From the NCBI GenBank assembly GCA_013791935.1, contig VMSV01000196.1, forward strand, positions 1,745 to 65,744: 64,000 bases of DNA, in the 5' to 3' direction. Source of the stretch: Desulfobacteraceae bacterium. Its GTDB lineage: Bacteria > Desulfobacterota > Desulfobacteria > Desulfobacterales > UBA5616. The notes under the pieces are model-generated. The model ran no database searches. It worked only from the letters and a program-made list of their open reading frames with translations, and was not told the origin of the DNA. The position numbers were made by a program, and so were the translations under genes. Below are positions 1-9,341 of the stretch, one piece after another. Positions within the stretch are counted from its first letter, which is position 1. Each line of letters starts with the position of its first letter.

Positions 1-890
1 TTAAAGCCATAATATCAAAAATCGAACAGCATGGTTTCAAAATACAGGGGTACCTTGGTGCAGGTGGCTGGGGGATTGTATTTCACATGCTCCGCTCTAC
101 TGATCATGCCACGGTCGCACTTAAAATACTCAAGCCCCCATATAGCGAGGAGTGGCGCAAGCGTTTCCTTCGGGAGGTCGAAATCTTGAGCCTTCTTGCC
201 AACGATCTCAGGTTAGGGGGGCTGCTTGGAGCCCCATTTGATGTGGACGGACTGATGTGCCTTCCAATTCGATTTATCAGCGGGCGACCTCTGTCAGAGC
301 TCGCTCTCCCCATCAATACACGTGATGCCCTAGAGATCGTGTGCGATGTGCTGTCCGTCCTTGACACCTTTCACAAGAAAGGCGTCATCCATCGTGATCT
401 TCATCTTGGTAACGTAATTCTGGGTTCCGATGGGGCACTTGTCGTTGTGGATTTTGGTGTTGCTCGTCAAGAACAGGTTACAGATTACACCTACACATTT
501 AGACCCGTCGGGGCGATGTCACATTGCGCGCCGGAAAAATGGACGGATCCATCTACAGTAGGTGCACCTTCAGACGTCTTCTCTGTCGGTGTCATGTTGT
601 ATCGCCTTCTTACTTCTAAGTTCCCTTTCTGGGCTGAAAGCTACATTAGACTATATGAGCAAATCAGAAACGGCCGGTTCACTGATGTCAGCGAGGCCAA
701 TCCGAACGTTCCGCCTTTCATAAATATCGTGTTGAAGTCGTTGTTGGAACCAGACCGCCAACAAAGACCAGGGAAAGCCTCAGAGGCTCTCACTATGGTG
801 GGTCATGCCAAAGCACTAGTCGACTTGGACGAAAGACAAAGAAGGAGACGGCATTCACCCCAACAATCTGCTCGACGCGGACGCACATAA
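1..890 (+). CDS. Hanks-type Ser/Thr protein kinase, 5'-truncated by window edge; probable integron cassette ORF
   Basis: Frame is open from position 3 and contains Gly loop LGAGGWGIV upstream of the ORF-track ATG; VALK, HRDLHLGN, DFG, APE and SDVFSVG motifs; attC follows at 995. Confidence 0.9.
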   Translation, partial: KAIISKIEQHGFKIQGYLGAGGWGIVFHMLRSTDHATVALKILKPPYSEEWRKRFLREVEILSLLANDLRLGGLLGAPFDVDGLMCLPIRFISGRPLSELALPINTRDALEIVCDVLSVLDTFHKKGVIHRDLHLGNVILGSDGALVVVDFGVARQEQVTDYTYTFRPVGAMSHCAPEKWTDPSTVGAPSDVFSVGVMLYRLLTSKFPFWAESYIRLYEQIRNGRFTDVSEANPNVPPFINIVLKSLLEPDRQQRPGKASEALTMVGHAKALVDLDERQRRRRHSPQQSARRGRT

Positions 891-994
891 GGTGGGGAAA
901 GTGGGACGCTCGTAAAAAAGTAAATAATGAGGGAATAATATCTTGCACAAGGTGGCAGTGCACCATTGACAAAGGGCAGAAGTAAATAATAAAG

Positions 995-1050
995 GCCCAA
1001 CAAAGGCAATACAGCCGATCGCTGCGCTCCGGCTGATTTTTTCGTTAGCA
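995..1050 (+). mobile_element. Integron attC site
   Basis: R'' GCCCAAC (995-1001) and R' GTTAGCA (1044-1050) with internal inverted repeat CAGCCG...CGGCTG; 56 bp, between two ORFs. Confidence 0.85.
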
Positions 1051-1065
1051 TAAAATGAGGAAATA

Positions 1066-1653
1066 ATGACATTCGAAACAGCAAAAATTATAGCTGCTTT
1101 TGGTGGTTTTGGACTCGGGATACTAAATTTGGGTATTTCAATTTACAAAGAATTTATAAAGAGACCCAAGTTAGAACTGGAAATTGTAATGTCCAATGTT
1201 TTTTACGTGAATGAAGGGGAATACAATTTTCAAATAAATATTTCATTAATTTCAAAAAATGGCCCCTGTTATTTAAAGGATATTTTTATAAAGCATCCTA
1301 CAAACTGTATTGGCGGATACTCATCTTCAAATATTGTTAATTTCAATAAAGCTATCCAATATACATCAGCAGACCTTTTAGATAATTCTCAGGAAGAATT
1401 TAAAGATAATCTTTTAAAATTATTCAAAAATTCTATCTCCATGAGGGATTTAAAGATTGATGACAACTCCAGGAAATCGATGACTTTTGCTGATCGATTA
1501 ATTACAAGACGTGAAATGGACGGCTATGAAGATTTCCCTCTGAAAAATTGGATCATTGTTATTGATTACGGGGATAAAACAATAACCAAATCTTTAACTT
1601 GGAATATTCATTCTAAAAGTAAAAAAGAAGGTTGCTGGGATAATCATCTATGA
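1066..1653 (+). CDS. Hypothetical protein with N-terminal TM helix; integron gene cassette
   Basis: 195 aa ORF, GAGG RBS, AT-rich, bounded by GTTAGCA on the left and its complement TGCTA|AC (split by the intron) on the right. Confidence 0.8.
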   Translation: MTFETAKIIAAFGGFGLGILNLGISIYKEFIKRPKLELEIVMSNVFYVNEGEYNFQINISLISKNGPCYLKDIFIKHPTNCIGGYSSSNIVNFNKAIQYTSADLLDNSQEEFKDNLLKLFKNSISMRDLKIDDNSRKSMTFADRLITRREMDGYEDFPLKNWIIVIDYGDKTITKSLTWNIHSKSKKEGCWDNHL

Positions 1654-1663
1654 AATTATAAAA

Positions 1664-2429
1664 TGCTAATCGGGTAGCCGGGGGTTATTAACCCCCAGCC
1701 CCCACACCACCCGGCATTCGGGTCCGCACCGGGCGGTTCGCGAAGATACCGGGCCATAGCCGGGTAATGACCTAAAACAGTTCTTTGAAAAACTGACGGC
1801 AACTGCTTTTGATCATCAGAAGCACCTTGTCCCATGACGCGCCTGTTTAGTTGCTCCCCCGTTCGGGTTCATCGCATTTCAGAGCTCATGGGGTATGCCA
1901 CTGTTCTTCGCGTTTGGCCCTTCAGTGGGGTGAGACCTCCGCCGCCTCCGCATATGCGGGTCGCAGCTCGTTTCCGCTTGTCATTCCGCCAATAACAATG
2001 TCCGCACCTACTATGGCCTCTGCTGACTTCTGCCTGATCACCCTGCATGTTGCCATGCAAAGCGCTGTCTTTCGACCGCATGTCAGGCAGATCTCCCCGG
2101 ATAAGAACGTGAATTTCACTACACAACCGCAGCATTTACCCTATCTCCTGAATCCCGGGCTTCGTCATGTTGTGCTGACTTACCCGGAGACTGGGCCTTT
2201 TATGCTATTTCTGATCGTCGGTTCATAGTTTTGCGCTCGGGCTTCCTTCAGACCTTTCCTCGCCGAAACGCCCTTGCCGTCGGCTAATGTTTGTGTCAAT
2301 GTCTTTCGACATTGACAGGATTCACACATAGGGGACTTACACCCCATTAATTCACGCCCATGCCGGGCGTACACAATGCTTTTTCAGCGGAGCGCAAAAA
2401 ACAGCGCCCGCTGAAAAGCGGCGTTATAT
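1664..2429 (+). mobile_element. attC site split by group II intron (1664-1668 + 2373-2429)
   Basis: Removing 1669-2372 restores TGCTAAC-AATGCTTTTTCAGCGG...CCGCTGAAAAGC-GGC-GTTATAT, an attC hairpin. Confidence 0.85.
1669..2372 (-). ncRNA. Group IIC-attC intron, ORF-less (RT/maturase internally deleted)
   Basis: Minus-strand 5' end TTGT|GTACGCCCGGCATGGGCGTG; 3' end domain V GAACCGCCCGGTGCGGACCCGAATGCCGGGTGGTG and domain VI ending CCCGAT|TAGCA; only 704 nt, no RT motifs in any frame. Confidence 0.88.
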
Positions 2430-2524
2430 TTGGGAATAAAATGGGAGAATACCTGTTTATAGCTATCGTTTCAGTTTTTTTAATTGAGGCTATAGGATTT
2501 GGAACTTGGTATTAAGGAGAAATA

Positions 2525-3100
2525 ATGACTGGAACTCTTGACTCAGAGGAAAAAAGAAAACTACATTCCGAAATTAATCAGTTAGTAAATCAAAGATTTG
2601 TGTTAAATGGCGCCGCGATCACTCTTTTTGGCGTTATCACAGCTTGGGCCATCCCCAAAAATCAGTCACTACCAGACCCGAATGCTGCAAAACTGGCCTT
2701 TACCGCATCTATATTATTAATAATATTGTTATTTGCCCTTTACCTTGTTAGTCACCTTGCGAGACTTACCACACGAACACTCACAACTTATTTGATTGTA
2801 CGTGGCGAATCACAATGGGAGTGTGATTGGAAAAATTATCGTGATAAAAAGAGCTACATTGCATACACAAAAAGTCAAACGTTACTTTTCTTAGTGCTTG
2901 GCTTTTTATCCACAATTGCACCATTAATTTTCCTATCCATATTTAAAATCACTCTCAATCCAAAAGAAGCGCTTTATGCTTTAGTGCTTTTTGAGCTTTT
3001 GTACACAGTTTTTGTTGCAGGGATGGGGTTCGGCAACTGGTTTTATCCGGAGCAAGATATTGAAAACCGATGGAATGAAGTGTTGAATAATAATCGGTGA
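2525..3100 (+). CDS. Multi-pass (about 4 TM) membrane protein of unknown function
   Basis: AAGGAG RBS; charged N-terminal helix followed by four hydrophobic segments. Confidence 0.8.
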   Translation: MTGTLDSEEKRKLHSEINQLVNQRFVLNGAAITLFGVITAWAIPKNQSLPDPNAAKLAFTASILLIILLFALYLVSHLARLTTRTLTTYLIVRGESQWECDWKNYRDKKSYIAYTKSQTLLFLVLGFLSTIAPLIFLSIFKITLNPKEALYALVLFELLYTVFVAGMGFGNWFYPEQDIENRWNEVLNNNR

Positions 3101-3138
3101 CACATGATACTCATTCAAACAACTTTTAGGACTTTGAT

Positions 3139-3792
3139 ATGGATTTATTCAATAAGATTACTATCTCCAATTTAATTTGGTATATCGTTCCTGGACTGGG
3201 AATGATTTTTTTTGTTTTATTTCCAATATTAGCCTTAAACCCTCACATTGTGAAATTATTTTATGAGCAAATTGGTGAAATTGGCTTATTAATTTTAGGA
3301 ACCATTCTTGGGTTTCTATTTGAAGGTTTGCGCTTATATAGGTTCAGGCCAGGTTATTCGACAATAAAAAAGGGATTCTTTGATGAACTTACGAAAACTA
3401 TTGGAACTGATTTGAATCCTTACTTTGTCCAATCGCATGTGGATGATTTTGCTAGAACAAAAAATTATGTGGGTCTAAGCTTGCATCATGCAATTTGGAT
3501 AATGTTAGGTCAATTTACCATATTGTTTTTATTCGAGGCCCTTTTTTGGGGAATAATGGCCATATATAATTATTATTATATCACTCAATACTATTCTCTA
3601 TTCGGTTTGAATATATCAAGAATAGAATACATAACATATTGCGGAGCATTCTCGGTCACTTTTTTATCAATTGGTTTGCGGTTAATGGTGACCTCAACTC
3701 AAGATCAGAAAAATACAAATAATATGTTTTTAAATTTTGCAAAACAGTATCGACATGACCTTCAAAAATTACTTAATATGGAGGTAGATTGA
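3139..3792 (+). CDS. Multi-pass membrane protein of unknown function
   Basis: 217 aa, about 4 hydrophobic segments, YIVPG motif near N-terminus. Confidence 0.8.
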   Translation: MDLFNKITISNLIWYIVPGLGMIFFVLFPILALNPHIVKLFYEQIGEIGLLILGTILGFLFEGLRLYRFRPGYSTIKKGFFDELTKTIGTDLNPYFVQSHVDDFARTKNYVGLSLHHAIWIMLGQFTILFLFEALFWGIMAIYNYYYITQYYSLFGLNISRIEYITYCGAFSVTFLSIGLRLMVTSTQDQKNTNNMFLNFAKQYRHDLQKLLNMEVD

Positions 3793-3851
3793 TAAAATGT
3801 TTGTAGGTTATGAATAAATTATATTAACCAGATTATCATAGACTAAATATT

Positions 3852-4748
3852 ATGCCGGAAATTAAACAACATTTTTTTTATTTTGAAGGTAAAACAGCCG
3901 ATTTTTTCCCATCAGTAGGATTAAAACTATCGGGAAATTGCAGATTCAAATGCCCCTTTTGTTGTGAGCCAAATCGAACTCAACAAGTATATCCCTTGAA
4001 TAATTTTATTTCCATAGCAAACATTCTTAAAAAATTGGGCACAAGACGATTATGTTTTACGGGGGGCGACCCGCTATCACATAAAGATATAGGGGCCTTG
4101 CTGCAGTACACCAAGTCTTTAGATTTTTTTAATTTGTTATTAACAACAGATGCCAAGGCTCTAAAAGAAAAGCAAAGAGAGGTGATACCATTTGTTAGTG
4201 CCGTGCGTTTTAGTGTTCATGCAATTGGTTCAGAACATGATAATATAGTTGGCTGTCGTGGCTCTTTTAGAGCTACAGAAAAAATGATTGATGTCTTGCA
4301 CGCAGAAAAGATTCCCTGCTACGTCACAACAGTTATAACTACAAAAAATATTATGTTCGTTAAAAATATTTTAGAATGGTGCGTTAAAAATGGAATTCAA
4401 TCATATTTTATATTCGGTCTCATGCGAAGCGGTTTAGGCAATGACTTTATAAGAAAGTATGGGCAAGTTTCAGAACAAGAAATTTCAAATATTATTTCTA
4501 TACTAAGAAATAAATATTCTCCTGAAGATATCGAAATTATATATTATGACTACTATAAACAGGCTGATTGTGTATTGGTATATGGTGATGGAAAAATTAT
4601 AATTGATCCATATCCAAAGCCGCCTACTTTTCAACTAGAAATTGGAAATATTTTCTCAGATACTCGAGAAGACATTTTGAAGTTTTTTTCACACGATCCA
4701 AAGAATTACGATGGTTATGTTAATCACTTTTTGAAGCACAAGAAATAA
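3852..4748 (+). CDS. Radical SAM enzyme (no full SPASM Cys set; viperin/MoaA-like architecture)
   Basis: CRFKCPFC (CxxxCxxC), FTGGDP, FSVH, C-terminal VLVYGDG...IGNIF. Confidence 0.9.
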   Translation: MPEIKQHFFYFEGKTADFFPSVGLKLSGNCRFKCPFCCEPNRTQQVYPLNNFISIANILKKLGTRRLCFTGGDPLSHKDIGALLQYTKSLDFFNLLLTTDAKALKEKQREVIPFVSAVRFSVHAIGSEHDNIVGCRGSFRATEKMIDVLHAEKIPCYVTTVITTKNIMFVKNILEWCVKNGIQSYFIFGLMRSGLGNDFIRKYGQVSEQEISNIISILRNKYSPEDIEIIYYDYYKQADCVLVYGDGKIIIDPYPKPPTFQLEIGNIFSDTREDILKFFSHDPKNYDGYVNHFLKHKK

Positions 4749-4786
4749 GAGCTTTTTTGTATACACCTATAATACCGAATTATTTA

Positions 4787-6646
4787 TTAAGGTTTCTTTG
4801 GGCTTAAAATTATTAAATATTCCATAACATTTTTTTGGGCGGTTCCGCCATGTGATTTATGAACAAATTTCGCAGAATATGAGATAACTTCACAGCCTGT
4901 TTTCTGATAGACGCGTTCAACCACCTCACATATATCGGCTTGACCATTATCAGAGTAGCTCCAAGCGCAATGCCAACCTCTATTCAATATCTTTATAATA
5001 ATATCTATTATTGTAGCTGTGGGCCTGCTGTTAGTTTTTGTGAAGAATTCAGATCGGAACCTATCGTTAGGTTTTGGAGTCAGGCCTATACCACTACAAG
5101 AAGGATATCTATATTCCACGAGAGTCTCTAAAACGTGATAAAAACGGCTATATTCTTCTCTTTTGTAAGGAGCATCAAGGTAAACTATAACTGGCACATT
5201 ATATATCAGCGTATCTAAAGTACATAATGCACTTTCCCAAGGGCCAGGAATCGTTTCAATTTGATTTTTTGTAGAATGGCTTATTTCTGATAGATTGAGT
5301 AACCTGGCTGTAAATTCATGAGTTATTGATTGTGACCTTTTATATAAAATATCAGATATATTGTTTTCGTTTAGAGCTAAATAATTTCTTATTGGAGGTT
5401 GAGCAAAATGCCCACCATAAGTTGTCCCCAAGAAGCTTGTAGTAGTAATCAAAGCTCCTAAAGCCCACATTCTCTCTTTCTTTTCTTTTATTATGTCAAT
5501 TGCATAACGCAAACTATCAATTTCCAAACATTGTCTGAGCCCAAAAAATACATTGGCAAAATATGTTGTAAATAGACAATAAGGGTAAATTGAATTGTCT
5601 TTCCTTCTAATTTGAACCTCTGAGGTTGGGGACCAATCTTTTGTATTACTTGGTTTGCACAAAACTGGGAACTCGCGGACAAATCTTTTATAATCTTCAA
5701 GCAAAGAATCGTCTATCTCTCTACAAAAAACATCCTCTTCGTTTTCAATTTCATCGGCTAATAATGATTGTAACTCGATAAAATGTTTTTTTGCAATTGG
5801 CAAAATTCGCGATAGAAGATCTTTTGCTCCATTCCGGCTAAAACCTCCGCCATGAACTACTGACAATATTCTGCAAAACTCTTGAGCATCGGACGAGTAC
5901 GTTTTCCATATTTTATTAGTGGCACCCGAGACAATTCCAGAACCACACATTAAATCGACTACTACTCCAGACTCTGGGAGCACGGAAGCGATAGCTTCAA
6001 CAATAAAACCACATAATGCTCTTTTTGATCCCATGTAGTAGGCTGACCGGGCAAATTTGTTGATTTCGGTATTATCGATTATTTTTGCGCGATTTAACTG
6101 CGCTTTCACATACTCAATCACTTTGGGGTTAAGAGTGGCGATTGAAGCTTCTGATAAGTATTTACATTTATTTTTATTTATAAGATTATTTTCAGTCGAT
6201 ATCAGTTTATTATGTGATGATATTAAATTTTTTGTTGCTGAATAAAATAATGGATCTGTTATAGAATCTTTATTCAATAAATCTATTATCGTATGAGGGT
6301 TTATTCGGATAGTATCTTGTTCAAACAATTTCTGAGATCTAGGTTTTTCATCATTTTTATCACCACACAAAATGATTGAGTCTATCAAGGCTCTTACATC
6401 TTTCTTTAATACGAATGAGTGCTTCTCAAACTGATAGGTGGGAAGAATACCTACCTCTAATATATATTTTAGCTTTTCAGGATCGATGTCCTTTCCTAAT
6501 TCATTTTGGAGGAAGTCTCTAATGCATTTCTCATTAATAAAAAGGTCCATTTTAGGAGAATTGGCTGATTTGTTCGGCAAATCAATATCGTCTTTATAAG
6601 TATGAACATGAAAAGAAATATTTGTTTTTGTCAATTTATCTTCCAT
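4787..6646 (-). CDS. DNA adenine methyltransferase-like protein (D12/FokI-type) with about 190 aa N-terminal extension and DAPY motif
   Basis: YYMGSK, DLMCGSG (SAM binding), YLDAPY...YSRFYHVLETL. Confidence 0.8.
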   Translation of the reverse strand: MEDKLTKTNISFHVHTYKDDIDLPNKSANSPKMDLFINEKCIRDFLQNELGKDIDPEKLKYILEVGILPTYQFEKHSFVLKKDVRALIDSIILCGDKNDEKPRSQKLFEQDTIRINPHTIIDLLNKDSITDPLFYSATKNLISSHNKLISTENNLINKNKCKYLSEASIATLNPKVIEYVKAQLNRAKIIDNTEINKFARSAYYMGSKRALCGFIVEAIASVLPESGVVVDLMCGSGIVSGATNKIWKTYSSDAQEFCRILSVVHGGGFSRNGAKDLLSRILPIAKKHFIELQSLLADEIENEEDVFCREIDDSLLEDYKRFVREFPVLCKPSNTKDWSPTSEVQIRRKDNSIYPYCLFTTYFANVFFGLRQCLEIDSLRYAIDIIKEKKERMWALGALITTTSFLGTTYGGHFAQPPIRNYLALNENNISDILYKRSQSITHEFTARLLNLSEISHSTKNQIETIPGPWESALCTLDTLIYNVPVIVYLDAPYKREEYSRFYHVLETLVEYRYPSCSGIGLTPKPNDRFRSEFFTKTNSRPTATIIDIIIKILNRGWHCAWSYSDNGQADICEVVERVYQKTGCEVISYSAKFVHKSHGGTAQKNVMEYLIILSPKKP

Positions 6647-6651
6647 CTATA

Positions 6652-7593
6652 TCACAACTTATTCAATTCTTCTTTATATCTTCGTGCGTGAATAACAGTT
6701 TTCAACGCCTCAATAGCGCCATCAAGTACACCCCTTCTAGCTACGTAATCACTACATTTTTTTGCTTCTTCTGAGGCCGTTTCAACAGAGACACCAATTC
6801 CTGACCATGATAGCATTTCAGCATCGTTGTCATTATCCCCAATTCCAAGAATTTGCTCTCGTGTAAGTCCAAGGATATTGGCAACAATTTTCAAAGCCTC
6901 ACCTTTATTGCAATTTATAGGTTTTACTTCAATATAAGTACTGCCATGCGTAAATGAGATATCAGCTATCCCCTTCAAGCTCTTACTTATATCAGCCATT
7001 ACCTGCGTATTGCCCAAGGTGTGAATTACAACTGCAGATGGGCTTATTGATTTATCAATTTCAGACCATTCCAGCCATTTAACAGGCATGAAATTATATT
7101 CCTTATAAGGTTTATCAACAGATGACCACCCGATAGCGTGCTCTTCAAAATCATCTTCTCCAAACCATTTACAGCAGTATGCGATAACTTTCACTCGAAA
7201 TTTTGAAGAAATTTGAACTACCCGAATCATCGACTCATTTGATATTTTTTCTTGATGAATAGGCTTATACTTTTTTAAGATTTGACAATCTTTACCATAT
7301 TTGTACTTTTTTTTAATTATGACACTCCCGTTGTATAATATTATCGGAGTTCCATTTTTAATCGGGAGCTTCGCAATCAAATGCTCTGCTCCTGACAGTG
7401 TGCGGCCTGTCGCTATGATTATCTTAATGTTAGAATTTTTAAATTTATTGGCGAAACTTAATATTTTTTCTGGAAGTTCAGATTCATTAGATTCTAGTAA
7501 CGTCCCATCAAGATCTACGGCAATAAGCCTAATCTTCGAGAAGGGTCTATACAATTCTAAATTATCTATTGAACTAGGTAATAAATTAGCCAT
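6652..7593 (-). CDS. Cof-type HAD-IIB phosphatase
   Basis: AVDLDGTLL, IATGR, YNG, NKGEAL, GDNDNDAEML. Confidence 0.92.
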   Translation of the reverse strand: MANLLPSSIDNLELYRPFSKIRLIAVDLDGTLLESNESELPEKILSFANKFKNSNIKIIIATGRTLSGAEHLIAKLPIKNGTPIILYNGSVIIKKKYKYGKDCQILKKYKPIHQEKISNESMIRVVQISSKFRVKVIAYCCKWFGEDDFEEHAIGWSSVDKPYKEYNFMPVKWLEWSEIDKSISPSAVVIHTLGNTQVMADISKSLKGIADISFTHGSTYIEVKPINCNKGEALKIVANILGLTREQILGIGDNDNDAEMLSWSGIGVSVETASEEAKKCSDYVARRGVLDGAIEALKTVIHARRYKEELNKL

Positions 7594-8584
7594 TTTTAAC
7601 TATATATAGATGGTGCCTTGTTTTAATTGGAGATATTTTGGTTCTATATCCCTTACAATCAATGATAAAATCATTAATTTTTCCAAATGGAGAAAGGATT
7701 TCTTCAATATTTTTTGAAGGAATGATACCATTATCAGCATAATGAAAAACCAACAATTTAAACTTTGCGTTATTTAGAACATCCAATAAAGCTTGCTTTG
7801 ATTCTATCTTGTTATTAAATTTTGATTTAGTGTTAATTTTAATTGGGATGCCTGATTGACCATGCACTACAGGAGTCCCTTCTAAGGCTATTGTCTCAGG
7901 CAAATGATAATAGTGACCATATGAACGTTGATTGTAGGGGGGATCAAGATACAGAATATCAAAATCGCGTCTTTTAACAAGTTCTTCTGCGGTTTCATTA
8001 AAACAATGGCCTTTTCCGTTTAAAGAAGCAGGCATTATAAATTGGAAACGGAATTGGTTCAAAGCCTTTCGGTGCCATTTTTTTAAAAATGCATAATAAG
8101 TGCCTGCTGTATTCGCGACTTTATCTAGACTGTTTATAAGAGAGGCGAGCATTACAGCTTTTTCTTCCCCATTAATCCAGCCTTTTGCCGACCAAAATGC
8201 AATTGCCCTTCTACATGATTGAATCTTTTTTGCGTTATAATTTGTAAAATACTGTCTATTTTCAGAATATTCCCTTACAAACCAACCATTCTTTGGAGGT
8301 AGCGAGTTCATAAAGGTTTCCAAATCTGTTAGGTTATTAAGGTTCAGTTTGTTAATAATTTTCTTAAAAGATAGTGGCTTTTCATATTTTAGTCGTGCTT
8401 TTTGGAATAGAAAAGGAAATTTCAAAATATCTCCACTCCAAACATCATAACCCATCGATTTAAAATGTGATGCAACTGAGCCTAAGCCCCCAAAAGGATC
8501 GCAAAAGGAACCTATTGGTATTTGCCTTGAAACCAATTCATATATATTATTTATTGTAGATATTTTAGAACCTATATATCTCAT
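7586..8584 (-). CDS. DNA adenine methyltransferase (D12 class, FokI/NlaIII-like)
   Basis: MRYIGSK, DPFGGLGSV, VANTAGTYYAFLK, YLDPPYNQRSYGHYYHL. Confidence 0.9.
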   Translation of the reverse strand: MRYIGSKISTINNIYELVSRQIPIGSFCDPFGGLGSVASHFKSMGYDVWSGDILKFPFLFQKARLKYEKPLSFKKIINKLNLNNLTDLETFMNSLPPKNGWFVREYSENRQYFTNYNAKKIQSCRRAIAFWSAKGWINGEEKAVMLASLINSLDKVANTAGTYYAFLKKWHRKALNQFRFQFIMPASLNGKGHCFNETAEELVKRRDFDILYLDPPYNQRSYGHYYHLPETIALEGTPVVHGQSGIPIKINTKSKFNNKIESKQALLDVLNNAKFKLLVFHYADNGIIPSKNIEEILSPFGKINDFIIDCKGYRTKISPIKTRHHLYIVKNG

Positions 8585-9341
8585 TTAATTATCAATATTA
8601 TTATTATATTTAATGTTCTAAACGATGAAACAATATGCATCACATACACAAAACAACGATATTTTGGAATATTAAATCAATACAAAATTATGCAGAACCT
8701 TTGCTAATAAGTAAATGGAATTTTAGGTTACGCAATGAAAGACATTCCCTATAGAATATGAGTACCTCAAATTTTTTCTTAAGCCAATCACAATTCATTC
8801 ATTCATATTTACATGATAATTATAGCAGGGGTTTTTTATCGGCAAATTAATAAAATGGAACAATTATTTTTTATGAAGGATTACACATTGATTTGGTGTT
8901 GATAACATTATTTATTATTAACATATTGATCAATTAATTAAAAGCCTCAGCTTACTCGAATAGTTATCATATGAATTAAGAATTTATTCCTATTCTTTTT
9001 CATAATAAATATTATTTGTTTATTATGAAATAAATTTAACCCCCCCCACCTGCTGGTAATTCACAGTCATTAAAAAGAGTATGGGGTTTTGTGAAGCCCA
9101 ATCATCAACCACTTTTCCAAATAATGAATGCATATTTGAAACATCAAGCATATCAAAATTCTCAGAACAAATTTCTTTTTCTCCCATTATTTTTTCACCT
9201 TCTGATTTTTGATATTTTCAGCGCAGCTAAGCCTGACTCCGTCTATTTAGCCTTCAGAATATTCAAGTGTGTACTGGTAGGCCCTTAAACCACGTTGTTT
9301 TTTACATCGGTAAAACCTTTAAAATAAAAACTTTGTTCAGG

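Noticed and set aside
1851-2374. ORFs 1851..2228, 1869..2135, 1922..2119 and 2180..2374 as proteins or an RT
   Set aside because: They lie within the intron ribozyme domains and have no RT (YADD) motifs.
3852-4748. Calling the radical SAM a prokaryotic viperin
   Set aside because: Lacks the recognisable viperin N(Y/W/F)H...CN..C.FCF pattern; only the general architecture is similar.
4787-8584. Complete type IIS restriction-modification system
   Set aside because: No ORF with PD-(D/E)xK, HNH, PLD or GIY-YIG features adjacent; a HAD phosphatase sits between the MTases.
3100-9340. Further attC sites making the six-gene module a set of cassettes
   Set aside because: No RYYYAAC...GTTRRRY hairpins seen after these ORFs by eye.
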